NCBI GenBank assembly: GCA_017454375.1 | Contig: JAFTDB010000033.1 | Coordinates: 170,967-234,966, forward strand | Source: Acholeplasmatales bacterium | GTDB lineage: Bacteria > Bacillota_I > Bacilli_A > Acholeplasmatales > Anaeroplasmataceae | DNA: 64,000 nt | Direction of reading: 5' to 3' | In this document: positions 19,243 to 28,594 of the stretch, one piece after another | How the letters are laid out: the number at the start of each line of letters is the position of its first letter | How positions within the stretch are numbered: the first letter of the stretch is position 1 | Translations under genes and position numbers: made by a program | Notes under the pieces: generated by a model | The model's input: the letters and a program-made list of their open reading frames with translations, nothing else | Databases searched by the model: none | What the model was told of the DNA's origin: nothing

Positions 19243-19562
19243 TGTTTGGACACAAAAAAGCAGTAGAAGAAACTGTAGTTAAGAAAGCATCTGATCGTAT
19301 TGTCTTTGCAGAAATGGAAGATGATGATGAGCTTGCTAAGGATTTAGTATTAAAATTAAAGGATAATCAACCATTAATCATTAACTTCTCTAATGTTAAC
19401 GAAATGGCTACTAATAAGTTTATTGCCTTCTTTAGTGGCGCAACTGTTGCCTTAGATGGTAAGATTGTATTTTTAAAGACTAATGTATATTTATTCATCA
19501 AGCGTGAAGATTTACTTGATGGTTCTGTAAAAGAATTAATATCTTCATTAAATTTAAAGTAG
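19242..19562 (+). CDS. sepF: Cell division protein SepF (short form)
   Basis: LKDNQPLIINF...FIAFFSGATVALDGKI...NVYLFI matches the SepF C-terminal domain; ATG overlaps the jetC TAA (TAATG). Confidence 0.8.
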   Translation: MFGHKKAVEETVVKKASDRIVFAEMEDDDELAKDLVLKLKDNQPLIINFSNVNEMATNKFIAFFSGATVALDGKIVFLKTNVYLFIKREDLLDGSVKELISSLNLK

Positions 19563-19570
19563 TTAAACTA

Positions 19571-19596
19571 GCTCAACACACGCGTGTTGAGTTTAA
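19571..19596 (+). terminator. Probable terminator closing the jetABC-sepF operon
   Basis: CTCAACAC-acgc-GTGTTGAG followed by TTT. Confidence 0.6.
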
Positions 19597-19620
19597 CTCT
19601 ATGTAAGGGAGGTTATAAAA

Positions 19621-21168
19621 TTGATTAGACAATTATTCTCGAAAACTAAAGAATCATTGATATCGGTATTGCCTATATCAATTTTGGTGCTAATTATTTC
19701 ATTAACACCACTTGCTCCCTTAGAAGCAAAAGAAATAGTGACATTTATTGTCTGCTCAGTATTTTTAATTATCGGTATTAGCTTATTCAATTTAGGTGCT
19801 GATATGGCAATGCAGCCTATGGGAGAGAAGATAGGTTCATCTTTAGTTAAATCTAGAAAGATTAAGATAATCTTATTAGTATGCTTCTTGATGGGCTTAT
19901 TAATAACTATAGCCGAGCCAGATTTATCAGTTTTAGCTAGTCAAATTGGTAAAATTGTTAACAATTGGCTACTTATAACTATGGTCGGAATAGGTGTTGG
20001 AATCTTCTTGTTGATTGCGGTTTTAAAGATCATTTTTAAGCTTGATTTATCACTACTTTTAATGTTCTTTTATTTAGTTGTATTTACACTTTCAACCCTT
20101 ATCGCATTTTTAGGAAATTCTAGCTTCCTTGCATTATCATTTGACTCTGGTGGTGTAACCACAGGACCTATTACAGTTCCATTTATAATGGCTCTTGGTG
20201 TAGGTATCGCTGGTACAATTGGTGGTAGAAATAGTAAAGAGAATTCATTCGGATTAATCGCCTTATGCTCTTTAGGCCCTATCATTGTTGTATCCTTAAT
20301 TGGATTAAGCCTAAATCCAGATAATTTAGCCACAACAGCAAGTGATTTAAATGAATCTGCTAGAACTAATTATTTAATTGCAAATAACGTCTTTGAATCA
20401 TTTGGTAAAGGCTTATTAAGTAATTCAAAAGATGTATTATTAGCTCTTGGCTTAATTGTTGTCTGCTTCATGATTATTGAATTAATCTTCATAAAGCTAC
20501 CTAAACAAAAGCTAAGACAAATATTTGTTGGTATATTATTTACATTTGTGGGACTTGTCCTATTCCTAACAGCCGCCTCAGTAGGCTTCCTACCAATTGG
20601 CTATAAGATTGGCAATCTACTAGGTACTAAATCAAATGAGCTATTAATCTTATTTGGCTTTATCTTAGGATTTTTAGTAGTACTTGCCGAGCCTGCAGTA
20701 CATGTCTTGACAAAGCAAGTAGAAGAAATTACTACAGGTGCTGTATCTAAAAAGACACTTTTGATTGCCTTATGTATAGGTGTAGGTGTATCTATTGGTC
20801 TATCAATGATAAGAATAGTATTTAATTTCTCAATTCTATACTATATAATTCCAGGTTATTTAATATCTTTAGGCTTATCATTCTTTGTCCCTAAGATGTA
20901 TACCGCAATTGCCTTTGACTCCGGTGGTGTTGCCTCTGGTCCATTAACATCTACATTTATTTTGCCACTAGCGATAGGAGCTACAGTAGCAATGAATGGA
21001 TCCATATTAGAGGTTGGCTTTGGTATCGTAAGTATGGTAGCTATGACACCACTTATTACTATTCAGCTTTTAGGTTTCAAATCTGTTTTAGCAAATAGAC
21101 TTGAGGTTAAAAGAAGACTTCAAAAGATTGATAATGCTGATGATTGCCAAATCATCAACTTCATGTAG
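19621..21168 (+). CDS. DUF1538-family integral membrane protein with two tandem domains
   Basis: Internal duplication: IAEPD...FDSGGVTTGP and LAEPA...FDSGGVASGP; TTG start after GGGAGG. Confidence 0.85.
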   Translation: MIRQLFSKTKESLISVLPISILVLIISLTPLAPLEAKEIVTFIVCSVFLIIGISLFNLGADMAMQPMGEKIGSSLVKSRKIKIILLVCFLMGLLITIAEPDLSVLASQIGKIVNNWLLITMVGIGVGIFLLIAVLKIIFKLDLSLLLMFFYLVVFTLSTLIAFLGNSSFLALSFDSGGVTTGPITVPFIMALGVGIAGTIGGRNSKENSFGLIALCSLGPIIVVSLIGLSLNPDNLATTASDLNESARTNYLIANNVFESFGKGLLSNSKDVLLALGLIVVCFMIIELIFIKLPKQKLRQIFVGILFTFVGLVLFLTAASVGFLPIGYKIGNLLGTKSNELLILFGFILGFLVVLAEPAVHVLTKQVEEITTGAVSKKTLLIALCIGVGVSIGLSMIRIVFNFSILYYIIPGYLISLGLSFFVPKMYTAIAFDSGGVASGPLTSTFILPLAIGATVAMNGSILEVGFGIVSMVAMTPLITIQLLGFKSVLANRLEVKRRLQKIDNADDCQIINFM

Positions 21169-21180
21169 TGGGGTGATATT

Positions 21181-21612
21181 ATGCAAAATGAGAAAAAAAA
21201 TTTAGAAGCTCAAGTAAAATCACCTGAAGTAAAAAAGAAAAGAACTACTAAGGCCCAAAAAGATGCCCTTGCGGCTCCTAAGAAAATAAAAATCTTAGTA
21301 ACTATCATCGATAGAAAGAAAGTAGATTTCTATTTGTCAGCATTAGAAGGACATAATGTTAATATGCAAACAGTCTTATATGGTAAAGGTACAGCCTCAT
21401 CTGAGATCTTATCTTATTTAGGCTTAAACCAAACAGATAAGGCAGTTATCCTAAGTGTTATCCAGGAGGATAAGACAAAAGAAATACTTAATGCATATGA
21501 GGACAAATATTTTAAAACTAAGAATGGTAAAGGTATCGCCTTTACAATTCCAATTAAATCAATAATTGGTGTTTCAATTTATAAATTTTTAGCGAATTTG
21601 GAGGAAAGATAA
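21181..21612 (+). CDS. PII-like protein with a basic N-terminal extension
   Basis: GKGTASSE...DKAVILSV...GKGIAFTIPI motifs. Confidence 0.78.
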   Translation: MQNEKKNLEAQVKSPEVKKKRTTKAQKDALAAPKKIKILVTIIDRKKVDFYLSALEGHNVNMQTVLYGKGTASSEILSYLGLNQTDKAVILSVIQEDKTKEILNAYEDKYFKTKNGKGIAFTIPIKSIIGVSIYKFLANLEER

Positions 21613-21613
21613 T

Positions 21614-21967
21614 ATGAGTAATGAATATGAATTAATATTATGCATAGTCAATCAAGGCTTTTCTGAAGAAGTAATGGATGCCGCTAAAGATTGTGGAGCA
21701 CGTGGTGGTACTGTAATTAATGCCAGAGGTACAGCAAAGGCTGATGCTGAAGCATTATTCCATATAACTATCTCACCTGAAAAGGAGATTGTTATGATTT
21801 TATCTAAAGTAGATATCAAGGATGATATCTTAAAGGCTATCTATACTAAGGTAGGCCTAAATTCTCCTGGACAAGGTATTGCCTTCTCAGTTCCAGTAGA
21901 TGATGTTGTTGGGTTAGGTGCTAAGAATATCGACATAGAAAAATTGAAAGAAAAAGAAAAGAAATAA
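21614..21967 (+). CDS. PII-family regulator-like protein
   Basis: IVNQGFSEEVMDAA...GARGGTVINARGT...PEKEIVMI...GQGIAFSVPVDDVVG. Confidence 0.88.
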   Translation: MSNEYELILCIVNQGFSEEVMDAAKDCGARGGTVINARGTAKADAEALFHITISPEKEIVMILSKVDIKDDILKAIYTKVGLNSPGQGIAFSVPVDDVVGLGAKNIDIEKLKEKEKK

Positions 21968-21968
21968 T

Positions 21969-22535
21969 ATGAAATATAAGAAATTTATTCCTACATATAC
22001 ATTTAAATCAATTTTAGATATTCCTCTAGAGGAGCTTAAGGAAAAAGGTGTTAAGCTATTCTTATCAGATTTAGATAATACCTTGATTTCTTACGCAGAA
22101 TCTATGCCTAATGAGAAATCTTTTGAATTTAAAAGAAGAATTAATGAGCTAGGCTTTGAATTTATTGTCGTTTCTAATTCAAGAAAGGAAAGGGTAAATA
22201 AATTCTGTGAGGCCTTTGGATGCCCATGTGTTAAATTCTCTACTAAGCCATTAAAAAGAGGCATTAAAAAGGCTATAAACAAGGTTGCAAGTAAGAAATA
22301 TGCCCCAAATGAGGTTATCCTAATAGGAGATCAGATATTAACTGATGTTTTAGGTGCGAATAGATGTGGGATTAATTCAGGTCTAGTTTTACCAGTTGAT
22401 ATTAAAACTGATAAAAGACCTACTAGATTTAATCGTTTCTTTGAACAGCTTATTCTAAATAGAATTAAGAAAAAGGAACCAAAGATTTATAAAGAAAAAT
22501 TAAAGGAGTTTGATGATTTAAATGATTCTAAATAA
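21969..22535 (+). CDS. yqeG: YqeG HAD IIIA phosphatase
   Basis: DLDNTL, VSNS, KP and IGDQILTDVLGANR motifs. Confidence 0.93.
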   Translation: MKYKKFIPTYTFKSILDIPLEELKEKGVKLFLSDLDNTLISYAESMPNEKSFEFKRRINELGFEFIVVSNSRKERVNKFCEAFGCPCVKFSTKPLKRGIKKAINKVASKKYAPNEVILIGDQILTDVLGANRCGINSGLVLPVDIKTDKRPTRFNRFFEQLILNRIKKKEPKIYKEKLKEFDDLNDSK

Positions 22536-23619
22536 ATGTAATGGCTGTGGCTCAATATTACAAGATACTGAACCAGATAAGCCAGGCTTTATCCCTAAGC
22601 TAACTACTACAAGTGAATATTGTCAACGTTGCTTTAGAATGAAGCATTACAATGAATTACCTAAGATAGTTGCCTCAAATAGTGATTATGAGAAGGTAAT
22701 TGATGATGTAATGGATAAAAATGGCCTAGTTATTTTTATCGTTGATTTATTCTCATTTAAATCAACCTTTAATAAGAAAATGATTGAAAAACTACGTAAA
22801 AAGGATGTTATATTAGTTGCTAATAAATATGATTTATTACCAAAAAGTACTAATCCAGCTAGCGTAGTTGATTGGTTATCTAAAGAATGTGAAAAATTCT
22901 CATTCAAGGTTATCGCAATTCATCTAATATCTGCTAAAAAAGGCTATTTTATTGATGATTTAATCATGAATATTGAGAATTTTAGAAGAGGTAGAGATGT
23001 TTATTTCGTTGGATGTGCCAATGTAGGTAAATCATCACTTATCAATTCTATAATTAGACGTATGACACCAAAAACAGAGGATGTTATATCTACAAGCATC
23101 ATTCCAGGTACAACCCTAAATGAAATAAGACTTTTATTCTTTGATGATGGTAAATATTTAATTGATACCCCAGGTTTAATCAATGAAGGAGATATTTTAA
23201 ATAGATTATTACCAAAAAGCTATGAAAAGATATTACCTAAAAATGAAATTAAGCCTATAACCTACCAGATAAAGACTGGAAATACAGTCTTACTTGCGGG
23301 ACTTGCATCCCTTTCATTTGAATGTGAAGAGGATATTTCAGTTATTGTTTATGTATCAAAGGATTTATATATCCAAAGATCTAAAACAGCTAATTTAGAG
23401 CATTTAGTTAAGACTCAAACTGGAAAGCTTTTGAATCCACCAGTTGAGGAAGAATTATCTAAGATATTCTATGCTCATAAAAAGGTATCATTAGATGGAT
23501 TAAAGAAAAAATCAATCTGGTTTGCAGGATTTGGATTTGTTAGCGTAATTGGTAAATGTGAAATAGATATCCGTTACATTGATAAAAGTGAGGTATATGT
23601 GACAAATGCTATCATCTAA
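22522..23619 (+). CDS. yqeH: Ribosome biogenesis GTPase YqeH
   Basis: CNGCG...CQRCFR zinc finger; circularly permuted NKYD, GCANVGKSS and DTPG motifs. Confidence 0.95.
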   Translation: MILNKCNGCGSILQDTEPDKPGFIPKLTTTSEYCQRCFRMKHYNELPKIVASNSDYEKVIDDVMDKNGLVIFIVDLFSFKSTFNKKMIEKLRKKDVILVANKYDLLPKSTNPASVVDWLSKECEKFSFKVIAIHLISAKKGYFIDDLIMNIENFRRGRDVYFVGCANVGKSSLINSIIRRMTPKTEDVISTSIIPGTTLNEIRLLFFDDGKYLIDTPGLINEGDILNRLLPKSYEKILPKNEIKPITYQIKTGNTVLLAGLASLSFECEEDISVIVYVSKDLYIQRSKTANLEHLVKTQTGKLLNPPVEEELSKIFYAHKKVSLDGLKKKSIWFAGFGFVSVIGKCEIDIRYIDKSEVYVTNAII

Positions 23620-24184
23620 TGACGCTAGAAATATTGTAATTGAAAAATATAACAATAATCATATGGATAGATTAACTCACATATTTGGTGTAGCTGAAAT
23701 GGCTGAATATTTAGCTAAAAAATATGGTGTAGATCCTGAAAAAGCCTTAATTGCTGGCTATTTACATGATTATGCTAAATATGATGATCCAAATGATGCA
23801 TATGGCGTATTTACTGATGAGGACATCAATGAATGCCGTAGATATCCATTTTTATTCCATGCCTATATGTCAGCCTATTTTTATAAAAAAATAGCCGGTA
23901 AGGACTTTGATGAAGAGATTTATTTAGCAATTCGTAACCATGTATTTGGAAGACCAAATATGACTCCATTAGAGGAAATTGTTATGATTGCTGACTTCAC
24001 TGAAAAGAATAGAAAATACCCACAATGTATTGAATGCAGAGGCATTTTACTAGAGGGTAAAAAGGATTTAGCTATTTATAAAGCATTACAATATACAATA
24101 GAGCATTGCGAAAAAAAGGGTGAAGAAGCTCACCCATTACAAATAGAAGTATACAAAGAATATAGAAAGAGATTAGGTTTATGA
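23606..24184 (+). CDS. yqeK: YqeK HD-domain Ap4A hydrolase
   Basis: R..H..GVA, LHDYAK, IRNH and ADFTE motifs. Confidence 0.9.
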   Translation: MLSSNDARNIVIEKYNNNHMDRLTHIFGVAEMAEYLAKKYGVDPEKALIAGYLHDYAKYDDPNDAYGVFTDEDINECRRYPFLFHAYMSAYFYKKIAGKDFDEEIYLAIRNHVFGRPNMTPLEEIVMIADFTEKNRKYPQCIECRGILLEGKKDLAIYKALQYTIEHCEKKGEEAHPLQIEVYKEYRKRLGL

Positions 24185-24507
24185 ATTTAAAAGAAATAAT
24201 TATTGATTGTTTAGAAAAAGTAAAAGCTTTCGATGTTGTCAGCATCGATATGGAAGGTAAATCACCATTCTATGATGAAATGGTACTTGCTTCAGTAAAT
24301 GTTGAAAGAACAGCTACTGCCTTTATTGGTTATCTTGAGGATGCCCTAAAGGATACAGATTATAAAATTCGTAATGTAGAAGGCGAATACACATCTTGGG
24401 TTTTAGTTGACTGTTATGATGTAGTTGTATCAATCTTCACAAAGGAAGAAAGAGAAAACTTCCAAATCGAAAAATTATTCTTAGATAGTCCTATTCACAA
24501 GTATTAA
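24181..24507 (+). CDS. rsfS: Ribosome silencing factor
   Basis: EKVKAFDV, VEG...WVLVD.YDVVV.IF..EERE.F.IEKL motifs. Confidence 0.9.
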   Translation: MNLKEIIIDCLEKVKAFDVVSIDMEGKSPFYDEMVLASVNVERTATAFIGYLEDALKDTDYKIRNVEGEYTSWVLVDCYDVVVSIFTKEERENFQIEKLFLDSPIHKY

Positions 24508-24534
24508 AAAAGGAGGCAATTTTGCCTCCTATAA
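24508..24534. terminator. Bidirectional terminator
   Basis: AGGAGGCAA-tt-TTGCCTCCT between convergent genes. Confidence 0.7.
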
Positions 24535-24545
24535 TAACTTGTTTA

Positions 24546-25433
24546 TTACATCTTTTTTTCACTACTAATATTTAGTAGTTTTTTTATTTTACGGCTCTTT
24601 CCATCAATCAAATATTCATTGATTGAATCTGCATAATCTAAAAACTTATTGAATAGATATTTATTTATCATTTCTTCAAGTGAATAATTAAGTCTTTCAC
24701 TATGTATTTCAAAGCTCTGTTTAGACATGTTTAAAAGCCTTGTGTCAATCTCTTTACGATAGAATGCATGTCTTCTAAACATATTTTGAGATATCTTTAC
24801 ATAGATTGCTATATATAGCTTTTTAAGTCCAAATCTAGATTTAGTGTAATAATTATAGAAGTGGGCTTTCTTTTTATATGCACGTAAGAAGTAGTTTTTA
24901 GTCTCTAGTAGTCTACAGCATTTAACCATTGGCTGATGGATTAAATCATCCATTTCATCAGTATATGTGAATCCATCTGCGTATTTTAGTGTTAAATTAG
25001 TCTTTTTTAAATCAATATTCTCTAACTTATATGCATAATAATAATCTAGCATATTTAATGCTTCATAGTTGTGAGTATTAGTTGATTTATTTTGATTTAT
25101 GTAGGGAATTAATATTTCATCCTCTAGATGATATAAGGCTAGGGCATACATAAATATTAATACATCATATGGGAACTCTTCAGATCTTGTGACCATCTTA
25201 GAGGCAGATATTAATGTCTCAATAAAGAATGAATTGAAATTATCCCCATTCATCTTATCATAAATTTTATATTTATCCTTTATAAAATTACGTCTATAGA
25301 ATAGTGGAGTAGATAAAAAATCGGCATATTTAAAAATAATATCATCTGTAATTTTGTTTTCATCCAAAACTGTAGACGGTATTTGAGTTAAATATTTTTT
25401 TAAAATGTAATATCTGCACATAATGCCGTTCAT
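24546..25433 (-). CDS. Hypothetical protein, possibly a degenerate Zn-dependent phospholipase C-like fold
   Basis: FMYALALYHLEDEILIPYI and HNYEALNMLDYY echo the G..CH..LD...HPYI and H...E..ID motifs; AAGGTG RBS. Confidence 0.6.
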   Translation of the reverse strand: MNGIMCRYYILKKYLTQIPSTVLDENKITDDIIFKYADFLSTPLFYRRNFIKDKYKIYDKMNGDNFNSFFIETLISASKMVTRSEEFPYDVLIFMYALALYHLEDEILIPYINQNKSTNTHNYEALNMLDYYYAYKLENIDLKKTNLTLKYADGFTYTDEMDDLIHQPMVKCCRLLETKNYFLRAYKKKAHFYNYYTKSRFGLKKLYIAIYVKISQNMFRRHAFYRKEIDTRLLNMSKQSFEIHSERLNYSLEEMINKYLFNKFLDYADSINEYLIDGKSRKIKKLLNISSEKKM

Positions 25434-25536
25434 TTTTCATCACCTTCTTAAATTATAAAATATTTTTATAATTATTGATAGTTATTATTTTACTTTTTGA
25501 TATTTTATAGTAAAATATCTTCTCGGAGGCTTGAAT

Positions 25537-26463
25537 ATGAAATTATTTAGTAAAGAGGCTCAACAAACTTTATCATCTCAGGTATGCTTGAAATCTAGAG
25601 ATGTCGATATTTGTGTTCTTAATACACTTGATGGTTCTATGCCAAAAGATTATGTTCTTGACTGTATGATGATGTACCAGAACAAGGATGGTGGCTTTGG
25701 TAATGGACTTTATATCGATAACTACAATACCAATAGCTCTGTATACCAGGTATATGAAGCATTTAGATTACTTGAAATGTCTGGCTTTGATAAGACTTGT
25801 GAAGATAAGATGTATTTAGATATCATAAATAAGGCTGGTAATTATCTTTATAACAGATGTGTTATGAAGGATAATAAATGGAATCCAAATGTTAAATCTA
25901 ATGATGATTTCGCCCACAGTGAATTATTCTCATTTACAAAAGAGAATGAAGAATTATTTGGCTATCATCCAACAATTGATTTAATTGGTTATTCACTAGT
26001 GTTATTTAAAGAGACTAAGGCTTATTACAATAAGGCAATGAAGATTGCTAGAAGAATCATCGATGATTTTTATAAGCTTGATAAATTATCTAAATATGAA
26101 ATCATGGGATTTTCAAACTTCTTAAGAATGATTTCAAAATTAGGTCTATTCACTGAAGATCAAAAACGTATTAGTGATAAGCTTACTGAGTATGCTGAAG
26201 CTATGATATCACTTGATTTTTCAGATGATGAATTACATCCACTTGATGTTATGAACTTACATAGTAAGAAGCTAGATGAGGCAAGAGAATTAGAGCTTGA
26301 TTATCTTGTCGATTCGGTTGCAAAATTCGGTATGTGGGATTATAATAAGGGATGGGGCTCTGAGAGGTATCCAGAGGCCGATAGTGCTATGCTTAAATGG
26401 CTTGGCGCAGTAGCAGTAAACAACTTTTATAAGTTGAAAGAATGTAAAAGAATAGAGGAATAA
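25537..26463 (+). CDS. Hypothetical protein with a prenyltransferase/squalene-cyclase-like YQNxDGGFG repeat
   Basis: YQNKDGGFGNGL...NSS motif; C-terminal W..GWG...YPE....W. Confidence 0.7.
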   Translation: MKLFSKEAQQTLSSQVCLKSRDVDICVLNTLDGSMPKDYVLDCMMMYQNKDGGFGNGLYIDNYNTNSSVYQVYEAFRLLEMSGFDKTCEDKMYLDIINKAGNYLYNRCVMKDNKWNPNVKSNDDFAHSELFSFTKENEELFGYHPTIDLIGYSLVLFKETKAYYNKAMKIARRIIDDFYKLDKLSKYEIMGFSNFLRMISKLGLFTEDQKRISDKLTEYAEAMISLDFSDDELHPLDVMNLHSKKLDEARELELDYLVDSVAKFGMWDYNKGWGSERYPEADSAMLKWLGAVAVNNFYKLKECKRIEE

Positions 26464-26465
26464 GA

Positions 26466-27992
26466 ATGAAAAAAACTGTTTGTTTAATTATTATGGATGG
26501 CTATGGATTAGCACCTGCTTCAGCAACAAACGCTGTAAGCCTAGCTGCTAAACCAAATTTAGATAGAATTTTTGCTACATATGATACACACCAATTAAAT
26601 GCTTCAGGTGAAGCTGTAGGCTTACCTGATGGTCAAATGGGTAATAGTGAAGTTGGTCATATGAACATTGGTGCTGGTAGAATTGTATGGCAATCATTAT
26701 CTCGTATCAATAATTCAATTAAAACAGGCGAAATTAAAGAGAATGGTCCAATCAACCGTGCAATTGAAAATGCCTTAAGGAATGGCAAGAAATTCCATAT
26801 TTGGGGCTTATGTAGCGTTGGTGGTGTACATTCACACATTAACCATATTATCGCATTAGCTAACATGGCTCATGAAAAAGGTATCAAGGATGTTTACTAC
26901 CATGCCTTCTTAGATGGTAGAGATACACCTCCTACAAGTGCTAAGGAATATTTAGCAGAAGTTATGGAAAAGGGTAATGTTAAGGTAGCTACAGTTGGTG
27001 GTAGATACTATGGCATGGATAGAGATAAGAACTTTGATAGAATTCAAAAGGCTTATGACGCTATGACACAAGGTGTTGGTGAATTTTATGCAAACCCACT
27101 TGAAGGTATCCAAAAATCATATGATAATGGTGTAACTGATGAATTCGTTGTACCATTTGTATCTGATAAGAATGGTATGATTGAAGAAGGAGATTCAATT
27201 GTATTTGCTAACTTCCGTCCTGATAGAGCTATCCAAATCGCAACAGCATTCTCTAATCCTGAAGGAATCGTATATAATCCAGATAAGCCTTATAGATTAA
27301 ATACATCTAAAGGTCCTAAGAGCACACATTTCGTATCTATGATGAAATATGCTGATCAAGTTAAAGGCGAAATCGCATTTGGCTTACAAAAATTAGATAA
27401 TTTAATGGGTGATATTCTTGCTAAAAACGGTAAGAAGCAATTAAGAATTGCTGAAACTGAAAAATATGCCCATGTAACTTTCTTCTTTGATGGTGGTGCT
27501 GATAGAGAAATCGAAGGCGCAGATCGTATCTTAGTTAACTCACCAAAGGTTGCAACTTATGACTTACAACCTGAAATGAGTGCGTATGAAGTATGCGATA
27601 AGGTATGTGCAGCTATCCAAAGCGAGAAGTATGATGCAATCATATTAAACTTCGCTAATTGTGATATGGTTGGTCATACAGGTGTTATCCCTGCTGCAGT
27701 TAAGGCTGTTGAAACAGTTGATGAATGTGTAGGTAGAGTAGTTGCTGAGCTTGATAAGGTTGGCGGTGTAGCAATTATTTCAGCAGACCATGGTAATGCT
27801 GAAAAATTAGCTGATGAAAATGGTAATCCATTTACAGCACATACAACTAACCCAGTACCAGTTGTAATTACTGATAAGAATGTTAAAATTAGAGATGGTA
27901 TTTTATCTGATTTAGCACCTACAATGCTAGAATTATTAGGAATTGAAATTCCTGAAGATATGACTTCTAAGTCATTAATTATAAGTAAGTAG
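26466..27992 (+). CDS. gpmI: 2,3-bisphosphoglycerate-independent phosphoglycerate mutase
   Basis: IMDGYG, GQMGNSEVGH, AETEKYAHVTFF, DMVGH and ADHGN motifs. Confidence 0.98.
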   Translation: MKKTVCLIIMDGYGLAPASATNAVSLAAKPNLDRIFATYDTHQLNASGEAVGLPDGQMGNSEVGHMNIGAGRIVWQSLSRINNSIKTGEIKENGPINRAIENALRNGKKFHIWGLCSVGGVHSHINHIIALANMAHEKGIKDVYYHAFLDGRDTPPTSAKEYLAEVMEKGNVKVATVGGRYYGMDRDKNFDRIQKAYDAMTQGVGEFYANPLEGIQKSYDNGVTDEFVVPFVSDKNGMIEEGDSIVFANFRPDRAIQIATAFSNPEGIVYNPDKPYRLNTSKGPKSTHFVSMMKYADQVKGEIAFGLQKLDNLMGDILAKNGKKQLRIAETEKYAHVTFFFDGGADREIEGADRILVNSPKVATYDLQPEMSAYEVCDKVCAAIQSEKYDAIILNFANCDMVGHTGVIPAAVKAVETVDECVGRVVAELDKVGGVAIISADHGNAEKLADENGNPFTAHTTNPVPVVITDKNVKIRDGILSDLAPTMLELLGIEIPEDMTSKSLIISK

Positions 27993-27999
27993 TAAAATA

Positions 28000-28023
28000 G
28001 GCACAAAATTGTGCCTTTTTTTT
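28000..28023 (+). terminator. Intrinsic terminator
   Basis: GGCACAA-aa-TTGTGCC followed by a T-tract. Confidence 0.7.
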
Positions 28024-28035
28024 AGGAAGTAGTTT

Positions 28036-28497
28036 ATGAATGATTATAAATTTAAAAATAAGTTATGGGCTTTAATCCCTTGCTTTGTACTCTTAATTTG
28101 GTTTACATTTGATATGACAGGCTTATATATCAATGATAAGCCTCTTGTGGAGCAAGCATTTTCTGATGATTGGATGTTTTTCTTTGCTTACCTAGCAGCA
28201 ATCTTATTATTTATATTTATAGATAAAATAGGTAAATATATTTTAGATATTTGGTTACTTATGTGGTTTATCACTCAATTCTTTTCTCATTGGTTTTTTA
28301 CAATTACTGGAGAAGGATTAAAAAAGAATGAATATTTTAAAGATACAGTTAAATTAATAAGCAGTGAAACTAGATATATTCCTGATTTATATCATATAAT
28401 CTTGCATATATTAATCTTAATTGCCTTCACATTCTTAACTATTTTCATTGCTAAAGGTTTTAAAAAAAAGAAGAATAAAGAAATTAAAAATGCTTAA
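28036..28497 (+). CDS. Hypothetical membrane protein (about 4 TM helices)
   Basis: Hydrophobic ORF with AGGA RBS. Confidence 0.75.
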   Translation: MNDYKFKNKLWALIPCFVLLIWFTFDMTGLYINDKPLVEQAFSDDWMFFFAYLAAILLFIFIDKIGKYILDIWLLMWFITQFFSHWFFTITGEGLKKNEYFKDTVKLISSETRYIPDLYHIILHILILIAFTFLTIFIAKGFKKKKNKEIKNA

Positions 28498-28505
28498 TTT
28501 TTAAA

Positions 28506-28594
28506 TAGTCGATATGAAAAAATATCGACTTTTTTTATCTTTAAGTAGTATTAATATACGCCTTCAAAGTATTTGCTTTGGAGGTGTTTTTTTA
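28506..28594 (+). terminator. Two tandem intrinsic terminators
   Basis: AGTCGATAT-gaaaaa-ATATCGACT + T-tract, and ACGCCTTCAAAG-tatttg-CTTTGGAGGTGT + T-tract. Confidence 0.65.
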
